Shown here: piece by piece, positions 28,492 to 38,653 of the stretch | Layout of the letters: each line of letters begins with the position of its first letter | Numbering within the stretch: the stretch's first letter is position 1 | NCBI GenBank assembly: GCA_016204275.1 | Contig: JACQKZ010000012.1 | Coordinates: 1 to 58,259 of the forward strand | Direction of reading: 5' to 3' | Length of the DNA: 58,259 nucleotides | Source of the DNA: Nanobdellati archaeon | GTDB taxonomy: Archaea > Nanobdellota > Nanobdellia > UBA10117 | Notes under the pieces: model-generated | Database searches by the model: none | What the model saw: the letters and a program-made list of their open reading frames with translations, nothing else | What the model was told of the DNA's origin: nothing | Program-made: the position numbers and the translations under genes

Positions 28492-31400
28492 ATGACTGAC
28501 GCCCCAGTTACGCCAAATAACGTACTGTCTAAATTAAACGACTTGGCTAGCAAGAAAAAACAACTGGAGCAGCAGCAAGACACAATTTTACGGGCCAAAG
28601 ATACATATGCACAGATGCGGAGACAATATTTATCAGAACTCGAACAAGTTCGGGCAGGCATGGCAAGCTACCCAAATCTTTTGGGTCTTCTGGAACAGCT
28701 AGATGCGCCAGAATTGCAGGGTTTGGAAGAGCGTGTTTCTCCATCGCCGTATCAAATAAATGCCAAAAAAATTATTGGTCCATGTGTCTTGCAGGCAATC
28801 GATGAAGTGCCTGGCGGGCTTACGATACAGCAAATTTTTGAAAAACTTGGCAGCAGGTTTACGCAAGAAGAAGTAACAAATGCTATAAATAATTATAGAA
28901 TTTTTTTGAATGCAGACGAACAGGGAAAGTATACAGTTAGTGATAGGGGCAGGGCATCGTACACACGTTCCTTGGAGCGCGCAGCACGCAGGGCTAGCCA
29001 GCCAGCGCCAACAGCCCCATTGCCAGAAACATCAGAACAGCCCGAAGATGTAGGCCACGTAAACATCCGTAACTCAGTCTTGCGCATGGTAAAACAAAAC
29101 CCAAATATCGACATGGATAGAGTTGTTAGGGAATTGCCGAATTTTACACGTTCGCAAATTCACGATGCAGAATATGTTTTACTTGAAGCTGGCTATCTCA
29201 GAGTAGACAATGGCAGGTATACACTAACAGGCGCAGGTGAAGAAAGGCTTTCCAAGCCAGGCCATGGAGACATGGCGCAAAGAATACGCGAAAAGGCACG
29301 CACAGAAACGTTAGCAGTTAATTCAAGTAAACTTGCGGCCGAGCTCGGTGTTAGCGGCACACATGTCAGAAAAGTTTTAATTGAGGAAGGCTGGCAAGTT
29401 GCGTTTAAAAAATATTTTGTGCCTGGCAGCTGGGTAAGAGGTGGCGCGCCGGAGAAAAGTATGTTGGCAGAAGCTGTAGCCGCTGGAAATTCTATCGCGA
29501 AAATCGAGCGGCATCTTCGGCAGAGGGGCATACGCATTTCTACAGACACAGTGCGCAAATATCTTAAAATGTCTGAAATAGAAACAGAATCACAAGACGC
29601 GGATAAATCAAAATTAGCAGGCCGGCAACACGATACCGGAATGACAAAAGCAATAGCTGAACTTTCGAAGGATCGCGCGATATCCTGCGCAGATTTAGCA
29701 GAAGAACATAACTTAAATACTAATCATGTTCGCAACGTTTTGCGCCGCGCAGGCTGGAAAAATGTATTTCAGAATATTTATGTGTACAAAGATATGTTTG
29801 GTGAAGATGCCGGCAAGGCAATGATAACAAAAGCGTTTGAAACCGGAAAAAACATTGCGGGCGCACAGGAATTTTTGAAAAGCATCGGCATTGATGTGCA
29901 CATATGCCAGATAGCAGAGCTGGCAAGCGAGTCTGGACTTATAAATTTGGAAGAAACAATAAAGTCCGCCGCAAAGGAAATTGGCATTGACTACGATTCA
30001 CTTGCAAGCTTGCCAACCGCAAATGTAATTATGCGGGCCATGCAGGCATTTAAGCGCAATGGCAAGGAAGAAGTTACAGTTAACGATCTTAAACTTGTTC
30101 TGCCAAAAGTACATAACAAAAGAAAGCACTACGTAATATTTGATCTTATAAAAGACAATCTTATTGAAAAAACAGGCAACGCAACTTACAGATTAACAGA
30201 AGCAGGCGAAAAATTTAGTTTAACAAAACAAAAAATTGCAGGGAAAGTGCCGTACGAAATATCATTCCCTGTTGCAGAAGCAAGCGAGGAAGCGGTGTCT
30301 GCTGGCCTGCATGCTATGCTAGAAGAAGGCGCAGGCCTCGAGGGCGTGTTGGGCGCACTGCCAGTTGAATCACAAAAAACCCGCAGCATAAAGCCTCCCA
30401 TCAAACTGAATCTAAGCGAAACGATATTGTATGTTCTGCAAAAGTCGGATATTCACTTGACAGAAAACTACTTGGCGCAGGTACTTTCGCAAAAATATAA
30501 GGCAAACGATGTCTTATCGGAAATAGAAATTTTGAAGGCTAGGGGTGCAATTAAAATCGGCCCGGCAGGCAATCTGGTAGTTAGAAAAAGTGGCCTGCGT
30601 TTATTAGCGTCAAAATTTCACCCGAAGATAAAAGAATCTGATAAAGAAGAGGCAGGCACGCTGGCCAGCGTTCTGGAAGCAGGAACACAAGGCCTGCAAA
30701 TGAGCGAGTTTGATAAAAAAGTTTTTGCAGGCATAGACAGCGGCCCAATGCAGTTGATGTATATATTATATTCTAACGACAAGCAAGAAAATGCCATAAC
30801 AACTAGGTCACAAATTGAAGAATATGTCGCGGGTAAAAAACTTGCATCTGCACAAATCGAGTTATACAGACTAAGGAAGAATGGTTTTATTGAAAATGCC
30901 GGTGGTAAAAATGGAGTATACAAATTAACAAAAACCGGCCGCGAATTTATGCGCAACATTTTCAGCGAAAGATATGTGCATGAACTGGCAGGCCAGCCGC
31001 TGGCATCACCGAAGTTTGAAGCTGGCATTGCACAGCATCTCGAAAAAAATGAAAAAGCTGAATATGCCGCGCTTCTGCTTAGTGGGGAAGGCGGTTCGTT
31101 TGGTTACACTGATGTTGAAAGAATGTTTAGTGACTTAAGCCACGTTACAATTAAGCGTACTTTTCAAAAGTTAGCTCGCGATGGTGAAATAGAGCACGTC
31201 AAAGGCACCCATTCGCAATATTTAAAACTAACTGAACGCGGAGTCAAAGCCCTCGATGATAAATTTGTAAAACTAAAAGAGGCACACACTGCGCCAGCTT
31301 CAGTTACAGCCACACATGCAGTGCCGCAATTGCCTGTGGCGCAAAACGTTCCATCATTGTTAGAAGGCATTGACATCACACCGCCGCCAGCCGTAAAAGC

Positions 31401-32127
31401 CAGCCAGCAATCTGTTAGTGCTGTACCCATACCAGTCACGCCGCTGCCATCTGCAGGTGCAGAAGCAAAGCCACAGCCAAGTGCAGAAAAGAAAAGGGCT
31501 ATTGAGGATAAACTGATGAGATTTTGGAATGACCACAAAATTCCTGTGAGCGAAACACTTGTCGGCCAGATTATGAACGGCGATCACATAGAGAATTTCT
31601 TGGGCGAAAACGTAAAGCAGAGAAAAATCGGCGGAAAAATTGTTTTTGTGCCAAAGGGTGTTAGTGATATAACACTTGAACGATGGCGTAACTTTTATGC
31701 AATAGCCGCAGATGCAGAAAGCAAGGGCCAGCCAGTAATCATGGAGCAGGCAGCAATACTATTGCGCACAGATACAGATACAATAAGAGCGATGACGCAC
31801 GGCCTGAAAAAGAGCGGCTTAATTGGAGATGGCATAACACTCAAGCAATCTGAAAAAATTGATGTCCGCGACCCAGAAACAATACGCAACCGCGTAAGCA
31901 TGTGCCTGCGTTTCGGCGGTGTGCACGCAATAACAACTACAGATTTGGTTAATATGACTGGCCTGTCTGCGGTATCACTTTTGTCGCGCAGCCTCGACTT
32001 GGAAAATACGGTAAATGATTTAATTAAAAAAATATTTTCACCGCAGGACGCGAAAAAAATAAGCATATCACTTGATAAAGGAAAGGGAGGGAAAAATCCG
32101 GCGATAATCATATCGCGTAAAGAATAA
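28492..32127 (+). CDS. giant (1211 aa) protein made of a coiled-coil N-terminus and many winged-helix-like modules, unknown function
   Basis: At least 7-8 recurrences of a roughly 60-aa module ending in a ..G.Y.LT..G.. wing. Examples: GKYTVSDRGRASY, GRYTLTGAGEERL, ATYRLTEAGEKF, GVYKLTKTGREFM, SQYLKLTERGVKAL. An internal duplication covers about aa 262-360 and 385-475 (LAAELGVSGTHVRKVLIEEGW versus LAEEHNLNTNHVRNVLRRAGW). A Pro/Ala-rich linker lies near aa 940-1000. Confidence 0.75.
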   Translation: MTDAPVTPNNVLSKLNDLASKKKQLEQQQDTILRAKDTYAQMRRQYLSELEQVRAGMASYPNLLGLLEQLDAPELQGLEERVSPSPYQINAKKIIGPCVLQAIDEVPGGLTIQQIFEKLGSRFTQEEVTNAINNYRIFLNADEQGKYTVSDRGRASYTRSLERAARRASQPAPTAPLPETSEQPEDVGHVNIRNSVLRMVKQNPNIDMDRVVRELPNFTRSQIHDAEYVLLEAGYLRVDNGRYTLTGAGEERLSKPGHGDMAQRIREKARTETLAVNSSKLAAELGVSGTHVRKVLIEEGWQVAFKKYFVPGSWVRGGAPEKSMLAEAVAAGNSIAKIERHLRQRGIRISTDTVRKYLKMSEIETESQDADKSKLAGRQHDTGMTKAIAELSKDRAISCADLAEEHNLNTNHVRNVLRRAGWKNVFQNIYVYKDMFGEDAGKAMITKAFETGKNIAGAQEFLKSIGIDVHICQIAELASESGLINLEETIKSAAKEIGIDYDSLASLPTANVIMRAMQAFKRNGKEEVTVNDLKLVLPKVHNKRKHYVIFDLIKDNLIEKTGNATYRLTEAGEKFSLTKQKIAGKVPYEISFPVAEASEEAVSAGLHAMLEEGAGLEGVLGALPVESQKTRSIKPPIKLNLSETILYVLQKSDIHLTENYLAQVLSQKYKANDVLSEIEILKARGAIKIGPAGNLVVRKSGLRLLASKFHPKIKESDKEEAGTLASVLEAGTQGLQMSEFDKKVFAGIDSGPMQLMYILYSNDKQENAITTRSQIEEYVAGKKLASAQIELYRLRKNGFIENAGGKNGVYKLTKTGREFMRNIFSERYVHELAGQPLASPKFEAGIAQHLEKNEKAEYAALLLSGEGGSFGYTDVERMFSDLSHVTIKRTFQKLARDGEIEHVKGTHSQYLKLTERGVKALDDKFVKLKEAHTAPASVTATHAVPQLPVAQNVPSLLEGIDITPPPAVKASQQSVSAVPIPVTPLPSAGAEAKPQPSAEKKRAIEDKLMRFWNDHKIPVSETLVGQIMNGDHIENFLGENVKQRKIGGKIVFVPKGVSDITLERWRNFYAIAADAESKGQPVIMEQAAILLRTDTDTIRAMTHGLKKSGLIGDGITLKQSEKIDVRDPETIRNRVSMCLRFGGVHAITTTDLVNMTGLSAVSLLSRSLDLENTVNDLIKKIFSPQDAKKISISLDKGKGGKNPAIIISRKE

Positions 32128-33017
32128 TGGGAGACAACATACATCGCCGAATAGCAGACCAGCTTCGGGTCAGAATTCCAAGTGTTAGTAATCCGGCAGT
32201 CCGGCATAAGCTTGAGCGGGAGTTAAGGTACGAACTGAAGTCTGCACACCAGCCATCACAGGGCATGTGGCTGCTAACAGATTTAGGATTAGCAATAGAT
32301 CCGGTAGTAGATATAAAGCAAAACCCCGCATTATCGCGCAGGCCAGGCTTTAATGAAGAATTCCGGAGAAGGCTGGAGAGGCGCGGCGCTGAATTAATTA
32401 ATACAAAAGTTCCGCACATACTGCGCGCGTTAAGGTATGAATGCCTCGGCGGGGCGACTACAGGAGAACTGCTCGAAGCTACATATTTCACAACATCATC
32501 CGAATTGTACAGCACAATTAATGGATTGCGCGGGGAAGGCAGAAATAAAATGAAAGTCACAGTTAGAAATAAGACTAACGGATATTTTAAATGGCTGCTG
32601 GGCTGGCCAACTTTTGAGCCAATAGTAAAATTAGTAAGATACCAGCCAAGTCCAGACCAATTTCAAATGTTCGCCGCAGATTACGATACGCTGGGATTGG
32701 CAGTTCGTGCCGCGACAAGATTTGGATTTACAGTTGACCACCAAACAAAAGACAGCAGATTAAACCTTTACGTAATGCCGCTGCCGGAAGATCTGGCCGG
32801 CGGGCAGTTGGCGTATGATCCTTTAAGAACAAGCCATGTTGCCAGATTCGAGTGGGGCAGGCATGAAGATTTATCAGCGTCATTACAGGTCGGCGGCAAG
32901 CCACTGTCAATAGACCCAGCAAAACTTGAAAAAAGGATTGAAGATTATGGCAGAAAATGGTTCGAACAAAGGCTCGCAAGGGCCGCAGTCCACCGGCAGT
33001 CAGTCGGACTTAGATAG
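32127..33017 (+). CDS. hypothetical protein, second gene of the giant-protein operon
   Basis: 296 aa. Its start overlaps the upstream stop (TAATG). Contains one wHTH-like stretch, ILRALRYECLGGATTGELLEAT..INGLRGEG. Confidence 0.65.
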   Translation: MGDNIHRRIADQLRVRIPSVSNPAVRHKLERELRYELKSAHQPSQGMWLLTDLGLAIDPVVDIKQNPALSRRPGFNEEFRRRLERRGAELINTKVPHILRALRYECLGGATTGELLEATYFTTSSELYSTINGLRGEGRNKMKVTVRNKTNGYFKWLLGWPTFEPIVKLVRYQPSPDQFQMFAADYDTLGLAVRAATRFGFTVDHQTKDSRLNLYVMPLPEDLAGGQLAYDPLRTSHVARFEWGRHEDLSASLQVGGKPLSIDPAKLEKRIEDYGRKWFEQRLARAAVHRQSVGLR

Positions 33018-34560
33018 CGCTTATCGATTATTTGTGCGGCTGCTGCAAGAGAGGGCGAATATTATTAAGGCAAGGATAGATAAAGTTAGTAATCCAGATG
33101 CGAAAAGAATTTTGTTGCAAAATTATGAAACACTTGTTGCTCAGCCAGTTTCGAGTGCAGAATTATTACTAAGAAATTTAGATGGGCTTGAAGCACTTTT
33201 ATCTGGCGAAATAAAAATAACAAAAAGGCGAGGCGAGCCAAGCCTGCCAGACGCGCTCGAAGTAGAAGAAGATGCCAGTATACACATGCCGCCTCGGAGT
33301 ACGCGCGAGGTATTAATAACGCCGCTCGAACCAACAAAATCAGTATCGGAAAAACCCGAAGCCGGCGTTGTAAAACAAACAACACACTTAGAATATGTGG
33401 CTAGATTTTTTGTTGAGCATCCTGGCGAAGAACGGCTCTATGCCATAAAAATAATTGATGATACGGGTGGCGATGAAAGCACTATTAGGACAGCCCTTAA
33501 AACAGGCAATCTGCCGTTTTCGGTTAAACGATCTGAGCCGGAAAGTAGAAGAGTTTTAGTAACATTAAACACAAAAGCCGGCAAGAAACAGGTTTACAAG
33601 AAAACGCCGCCGCAAAGGCATATTTTTTTGGAAAATAAACTAGTTGAGTTGCCGGGCGGATTTTTAGTGCCAGCACAAACTTTAGCTGCATGGAAAACGT
33701 TTCCGGATATATTTGACGAAGGAGAGTTATATCTTTACACGACCTATGATAAAGTTGGCGCTTTAGCAGAAGCAATAGTAAAGTATCGCGGAGTTGTCGA
33801 GCTGGCCACCCCAGATTTAACGGGCGATTTTGCGCCCAGATATCCGCTGTTGCGGCAGGTGTCTAAAAACGAAAGGCTGGCAGGATTGTTTGACGCGCTG
33901 CTCGACAATGCTGAGCTAACAAGAGGCCAGCTGGAAAAAATAAAAATGTTTAAGGGCGATCAGACTTCTCTCTACCATTGGGAGCACGGCATAAATGAAA
34001 GGTCTGCCCAAACAAGCAAGGCAATTTACTTTCTTACTCAAGATGTTAAAATAGATAATGACAATAAGCATCTCATAAATCCAATAGTTCAGCTTTTAAG
34101 AAAACGGGGAATGACGTTTGCAGAACTTGTTTACGCGCTTGACAAACCGCTCGTAAGAGTAAAACACGCCCTTGATTTGATGACAATTAGCGGCACGGCT
34201 ATTGATAGCCAGGCCTGCCCATACACGCAGATACCATCCATTCACACGCAATGCCAGAGCGTTCCAAAAATAGTTGGCACGCTAACGCCGCCAGAATGGG
34301 CAGATTTCATGCCCAAGGGGCTTCGTGCTATTTATCTGGAATGCCTGCGTTACGGAGCGAGCGGCGAATTTAAAACAGTCATGAAAAAGAATGTCATTGG
34401 AAAAAAATCACCCGCCTTAGAAGCTGTACTGATAAATGTTGCTGGCCAGCAATACAGCCTGCGCCCCGCCGGAATATTCTCTGGCGATAAAACTGTAACA
34501 CAAGAAGAATTTTTTGGACTTTTAAAAGAAGCATATGTAAAAAATTTCAGCAAGGCTTAA
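32926..34560 (+). CDS. hypothetical protein, third gene of the giant-protein operon
   Basis: 544-aa ORF with wHTH-like stretches (LLRKRGMTFAELVYALDKPLVRVKHALDLM). The ATG starts at 32926 and 32947 overlap the upstream gene by 71-92 nt. A GTG at 33034 would avoid the overlap. Confidence 0.65.
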   Translation: MKKGLKIMAENGSNKGSQGPQSTGSQSDLDSAYRLFVRLLQERANIIKARIDKVSNPDAKRILLQNYETLVAQPVSSAELLLRNLDGLEALLSGEIKITKRRGEPSLPDALEVEEDASIHMPPRSTREVLITPLEPTKSVSEKPEAGVVKQTTHLEYVARFFVEHPGEERLYAIKIIDDTGGDESTIRTALKTGNLPFSVKRSEPESRRVLVTLNTKAGKKQVYKKTPPQRHIFLENKLVELPGGFLVPAQTLAAWKTFPDIFDEGELYLYTTYDKVGALAEAIVKYRGVVELATPDLTGDFAPRYPLLRQVSKNERLAGLFDALLDNAELTRGQLEKIKMFKGDQTSLYHWEHGINERSAQTSKAIYFLTQDVKIDNDNKHLINPIVQLLRKRGMTFAELVYALDKPLVRVKHALDLMTISGTAIDSQACPYTQIPSIHTQCQSVPKIVGTLTPPEWADFMPKGLRAIYLECLRYGASGEFKTVMKKNVIGKKSPALEAVLINVAGQQYSLRPAGIFSGDKTVTQEEFFGLLKEAYVKNFSKA

Positions 34561-34565
34561 TTTAC

Positions 34566-35174
34566 TTAGCCATCTAGTTCCGCCAACGCCTTCCTTTCTG
34601 TTGTCACGGGTTGCAGGGAAATGTTCAGCAGTTTAAGTATTTCATCTACGCGCACAGTGTTTGATGCTATTTTTATTATGTGGTGTTTTATATTTTTGTC
34701 TGAAAGTACTTCACTGATTATTTTGTCTATTTCTTTTTGCCATTCTATATCTGTGCTTCTGAATCCGTCTGCTGAAAGCGGAACAGTTATTGGCAGCTTA
34801 AATATAATATCATAGGAATGCGCCCAGTTCTCAAAAATTTCGGCTGCGATTTTTTGCAGCCCGCTATCCGCAAGCCGGCCAGCCCGCAGATTCCACAGAA
34901 AGTAAGCATAGTTATCTATTACGGTCCTGTCGCAAACCAGAATATCGTACTTGTGGACTGCCTCAAGCTCTTCGATCAGTTGACGGCAGAGAATCCATGT
35001 CTGCGCGGCTGCGGAGTTTTCTTTTTCCGTGCCAACTGGCAATGGGCAGTCCCGCACAAATTCGCGGATGTAGCCTGCGTTGAAGCCCAGCTCTTTCAGA
35101 TGGCCGACAAGCGAGTGTGCAAGGGATGTCTTGCCAGTGCCGTGCGCGCCAGTAATGCCTACCTTAAGTTTCAT
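34566..35174 (-). CDS. small P-loop ATPase/kinase (NadR-C-terminal/AAA_28-like)
   Basis: Walker A GITGAHGTGKTS and Walker B-like ILVCDR. 202 aa. Confidence 0.7.
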   Translation of the reverse strand: MKLKVGITGAHGTGKTSLAHSLVGHLKELGFNAGYIREFVRDCPLPVGTEKENSAAAQTWILCRQLIEELEAVHKYDILVCDRTVIDNYAYFLWNLRAGRLADSGLQKIAAEIFENWAHSYDIIFKLPITVPLSADGFRSTDIEWQKEIDKIISEVLSDKNIKHHIIKIASNTVRVDEILKLLNISLQPVTTERKALAELDG

Positions 35175-35213
35175 AGGGCAAGATTTTTAATTGCATATAA
35201 AAGCGTTTATGCT

Positions 35214-35987
35214 ATGAAGTATATAGTTGTGTCAGAAGCAAATGAGGCAAGCAGAAATATCGGGAAGTTTATTGACGCAATGAAGCTGCGCGCCTATGTT
35301 AAAATTATTAAAACAAAAAATAATGTTTTGGACTTGGAAAATGATCTGAAAGGCATTAAGGACGCAGAAGTAATAATTGTTGCCTCAACCCATAAATCAG
35401 AAGCAGGAGTGCCGATGCTGAACGCGCATTTTACAGGAAATTTTAGGGATGATGTTTCTCACGGCGGCTCCGCAAAAACACTTGCAATCGCGCCTGCGCT
35501 TTACCAACGGGCGGCAGTCATAAAGTACGCGAAGCTGCAAAAAGAAGATACGCGATTGAAAAATTACAAAGTTGGAATAGAAGCTACGCACCACGGGCCA
35601 ACTTTAGATTTGCCGATTCTTTTTGTGGAGGTCGGCTCGACAGAGGAGCAGTGGAATGACTTGGTGGCCTGCGAAGCTGCGGCGAGAGTTATTTACAAAC
35701 TGGTTTCAACCGCGCCAGAAAAAGCTCCCGTTGTTATTGGCTTCGGCGGCGGACACTACTGCCCGCAGTTCACGAAGAAGTTGTTCAGAGATGGTTTTGC
35801 GTTCGGGCATGTCTGCCCGAAGTATGCAGCAGATGATTTAAGCGAGGATGTCATAATGCAATTAGTAAATAAAACTATACCCAAACCCGAAAAAGTTTTG
35901 GTGGAGTGGAAAGGCCTTGCCAGCGGGCAACGGGAGAACATAACATCTGTTTTGAATAAACACAACATAAAATGGGAAAAAATATAA
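35214..35987 (+). CDS. dtdA: D-aminoacyl-tRNA deacylase, archaeal DTD2 type
   Basis: Motifs ASTHKSE, LNAHFTGN, EATHHGPT, FVEVGS. Start trimmed to MKYIVVSEAN. The upstream part of the 389-aa ORF is antisense to the ATPase gene. Confidence 0.8.
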   Translation: MKYIVVSEANEASRNIGKFIDAMKLRAYVKIIKTKNNVLDLENDLKGIKDAEVIIVASTHKSEAGVPMLNAHFTGNFRDDVSHGGSAKTLAIAPALYQRAAVIKYAKLQKEDTRLKNYKVGIEATHHGPTLDLPILFVEVGSTEEQWNDLVACEAAARVIYKLVSTAPEKAPVVIGFGGGHYCPQFTKKLFRDGFAFGHVCPKYAADDLSEDVIMQLVNKTIPKPEKVLVEWKGLASGQRENITSVLNKHNIKWEKI

Positions 35988-37108
35988 AACTTGTAAAAGT
36001 AAAAGAAGGCGCGGCAGAAATATTTGTGCCAAAGGTAGAAAAAATAACGTCAAGGAACGAAGTATTTTACAATCCCGCACAGGTTGTTAATAGGGATATT
36101 TCTGTGTTGCTTGCTTCCTGCCTGCTTGACAAAAACGCTGCAGTCATAGATTTGCTTTCTGCCAGCGGCGTTCGTGCCATAAGATTTGCAAAAGAAGTTG
36201 GTTTGAAAAACGTGTATGCGAATGATGCAAACCCCGCAGCAGTACGTTTGATAAAGAAAAATGCGAAACAAAACAAAGTGAAGTTAAGGATTTACAACAT
36301 GCGCGCGCACGAATTTTTTGCTACAAGATACAAACGCGAGGACAAAAAGTTCGATTACATTGATATTGATCCGTTCGGCACGCCAGTTCCTTTCCTTGAT
36401 GCTGCAGTCAAGGCGCTTAATCCGCGCGGCGGAATTCTGGCAATAACAGCCACAGATACTGCGGCTTTGTGCGGATCAGCCCCTGCCGCGTGTTTGCGGA
36501 AATACGGCGCAGTGCCTTTGCGAAACGAGCTGATGCACGAGCTCGGAGTACGAATTTTGCTGAAGAAAATTATTGAAGTCAGCGCACAATATGACCTTGC
36601 GTTGACGCCGATTTTTGTGCATTCAACGCTGCATTATGTGCGGGTTTACTTGCAGGCAGATGAGGGCGCAGGAGTTACTGATAAAATATTAGAGCAAGTT
36701 GGATTTTTCCAAAAAGCTGGCCCGATGTGGCTTGGAAGATTGTGGGATGAAAAATTAGCGGAGAAAATGCAAGGGATAGCGTTACAATCCGATTATATTC
36801 GAATCAACAAAGTAACAAAGGAAAAAATCACTAAGATAAACAAACAATTTAAATTAGATTTGCCAGTTCTTACAAATATATCTGGCGAAACAGTTAGGAT
36901 GCTTAACATAATTAGAGAAGAATCAAAAATAAATTCCTTTGGCTTTTATGACTTAGCAACATTCAAGCTGAAACAAGTCCCGAAGATTTCGGATGTGATT
37001 GCTGGCCTGCACGCAAAGGGCTTTCGGGCCGCAAGGACGCACTTCAGCCCAACTGGGATTAGGACGAATGCAGATTTGAAAAAGTTTAAAAATATTTTAA
37101 AAATTTAG
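35972..37108 (+). CDS. trm1: tRNA (guanine26-N2)-dimethyltransferase
   Basis: Motifs FYNPAQVVNRDISV and DIDPFGTP. 378 aa. Confidence 0.85.
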   Translation: MGKNIKLVKVKEGAAEIFVPKVEKITSRNEVFYNPAQVVNRDISVLLASCLLDKNAAVIDLLSASGVRAIRFAKEVGLKNVYANDANPAAVRLIKKNAKQNKVKLRIYNMRAHEFFATRYKREDKKFDYIDIDPFGTPVPFLDAAVKALNPRGGILAITATDTAALCGSAPAACLRKYGAVPLRNELMHELGVRILLKKIIEVSAQYDLALTPIFVHSTLHYVRVYLQADEGAGVTDKILEQVGFFQKAGPMWLGRLWDEKLAEKMQGIALQSDYIRINKVTKEKITKINKQFKLDLPVLTNISGETVRMLNIIREESKINSFGFYDLATFKLKQVPKISDVIAGLHAKGFRAARTHFSPTGIRTNADLKKFKNILKI

Positions 37109-37126
37109 CTATGTTTTTATTACGGA

Positions 37127-37528
37127 TTAAAAATGGACTTCAATATTAAAAGTACCGAGGTTATGTGATTCATACCTTTTGCCTATTTCTTGCGTTAAAT
37201 GCAGTACATCCGGCAAGTAAACATGTGCGGTAATATTTTTATTATATATATTATGAATATCAAGACTGGCAAAACCAGTTCGCGGGCCGCATATCTCTAG
37301 CGCTCGCTTGCCAAAAATCCAAACCCCTCCGCGCAGTATTTCAGTAAGGTCTATCCATTGATCCACGAGTGTACTACTTGTCGGAATATATATCGTATAG
37401 CGCCGCAACCTAAAGCTGTTTTTTACTGGTCCTTTCAAAAATCTGGCAAATTCTTCGTCTACTATTTGCTGAAATTCATCAGCTTTTTTGTTGTTAATAA
37501 TTACCTGATTTTGCGTAACATGTACCAT
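37127..37528 (-). CDS. hypothetical protein immediately downstream of tfb
   Basis: ORF trimmed to MVHVTQNQ. It starts 1 nt after the tfb stop. No motif recognised. Confidence 0.5.
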   Translation of the reverse strand: MVHVTQNQVIINNKKADEFQQIVDEEFARFLKGPVKNSFRLRRYTIYIPTSSTLVDQWIDLTEILRGGVWIFGKRALEICGPRTGFASLDIHNIYNKNITAHVYLPDVLHLTQEIGKRYESHNLGTFNIEVHF

Positions 37529-37529
37529 C

Positions 37530-38465
37530 TTACTGCTGCATCTCAAGCTCGCGTTCCAGCTTTTCGATTGTCTTTGCCAGCCCGAGCCTTTCGATAATCT
37601 CCTTGTACCTATTTCTTATTGTTACTTCAGTCACGCCAACAACATCTGCAATCTCTCTCTGGGTGCGTTTCTCGCCGGTCAACAGGGATGCAACATAAAG
37701 CGCTGCAGCCGCAAGTCCTATCGGGCCGCGCCCGGAAGTCAGCTCGATTGTCTTTGCTTTCTTTAGGATTTCGACAGCCCTTGTCTGTGTCTGCGAGTTG
37801 AAGCCTAACTTGTTCGCGAATTTCGGCACGTATTCCTCAGGGCCAGACGGCAAAAGTTTAAGCCCAAGCGATCTTGCTATGAATCTGTATGTCTTGCCAA
37901 CCTCGCGTTTGTTCGCGCCGGTAATTTTACAAATTTCATTCAGCGACCTGGGCAGATTAAACTGCCTTGATGCGATGTAAACCGCGCCAACTACGACAGA
38001 CTCCATTGAGCGCCCGCGGACTAATGCCTTGCGGACAGCCAAATTGTAAATTCTTGCGGCCTCTTCCTCGATGGACGGCGGAATGTTAAGCAGGGACGAA
38101 ACCCTTTTCATTTCGACAAGGGCGTATTTCAGATTTCTTTCCAGGGAAGTTGAAGAGCGCTGGTGCCACTCCCTGAGGCGCAGCATCTTTCGCCTTTGCG
38201 CGCCAGGTAGGTTAAAAATTTCCGCGTTCGAGCCGATCTGAGTGCCCGTACCCATGTCAGCCTTTGTGAATGTTGCGGGCGCGCCAGCCCTTCGCTGGTC
38301 TTCCTCGCCTTCGATATTTCTCCATTCTGGGCCAACATCGACTAGGTTTTCATCAACAACAAACCCGCAGGACTTGCAGACTACTTCGCCTTTCTTTTCA
38401 TCAACAGTTAGATTTATTGAGCTGCATTCTGGACAGCGCTTTACAAATTCACCCATTACAAACAC
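37530..38465 (-). CDS. tfb: transcription initiation factor IIB (TFB)
   Basis: N-terminal Zn ribbon CPECSS..CKSCGFV and two cyclin-fold repeats ending in ..VTEVTIRNRYKEI. Confidence 0.92.
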   Translation of the reverse strand: MFVMGEFVKRCPECSSINLTVDEKKGEVVCKSCGFVVDENLVDVGPEWRNIEGEEDQRRAGAPATFTKADMGTGTQIGSNAEIFNLPGAQRRKMLRLREWHQRSSTSLERNLKYALVEMKRVSSLLNIPPSIEEEAARIYNLAVRKALVRGRSMESVVVGAVYIASRQFNLPRSLNEICKITGANKREVGKTYRFIARSLGLKLLPSGPEEYVPKFANKLGFNSQTQTRAVEILKKAKTIELTSGRGPIGLAAAALYVASLLTGEKRTQREIADVVGVTEVTIRNRYKEIIERLGLAKTIEKLERELEMQQ

Positions 38466-38653
38466 CTCGAAGAAAGATAGTTAATTTCTAGCGACATCTT
38501 GTTGGTTTTCAAAGAAATTTTGTTCAACATAACCATCTCCATGCAGTTCACCACAAGCTTTAAAAGACTTTCGCACTTTTTGTTTATAAGGCTTTCGCAT
38601 AATATTGGCGATAGAGACTGATTTTTGTTTAATGCCACTGCTCAGTAAACTAA

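Noticed and set aside
28547-32207. Multiple 60-170-aa minus-strand ORFs inside the giant gene (for example 30618-31028, 31164-31538 and 31695-32207).
   Set aside because: They are shadow ORFs antisense to a continuous 3.6-kb frame with an internally consistent repeat architecture.
34818-35213. The N-terminal 132 codons of the 389-aa ORF that contains dtdA. Similar 5' extensions occur on ORFs 27251, 40376, 55302, 24213 and 18980.
   Set aside because: The extensions are antisense to, or overlap, well-supported neighbouring genes, and family homology starts at internal Met codons.
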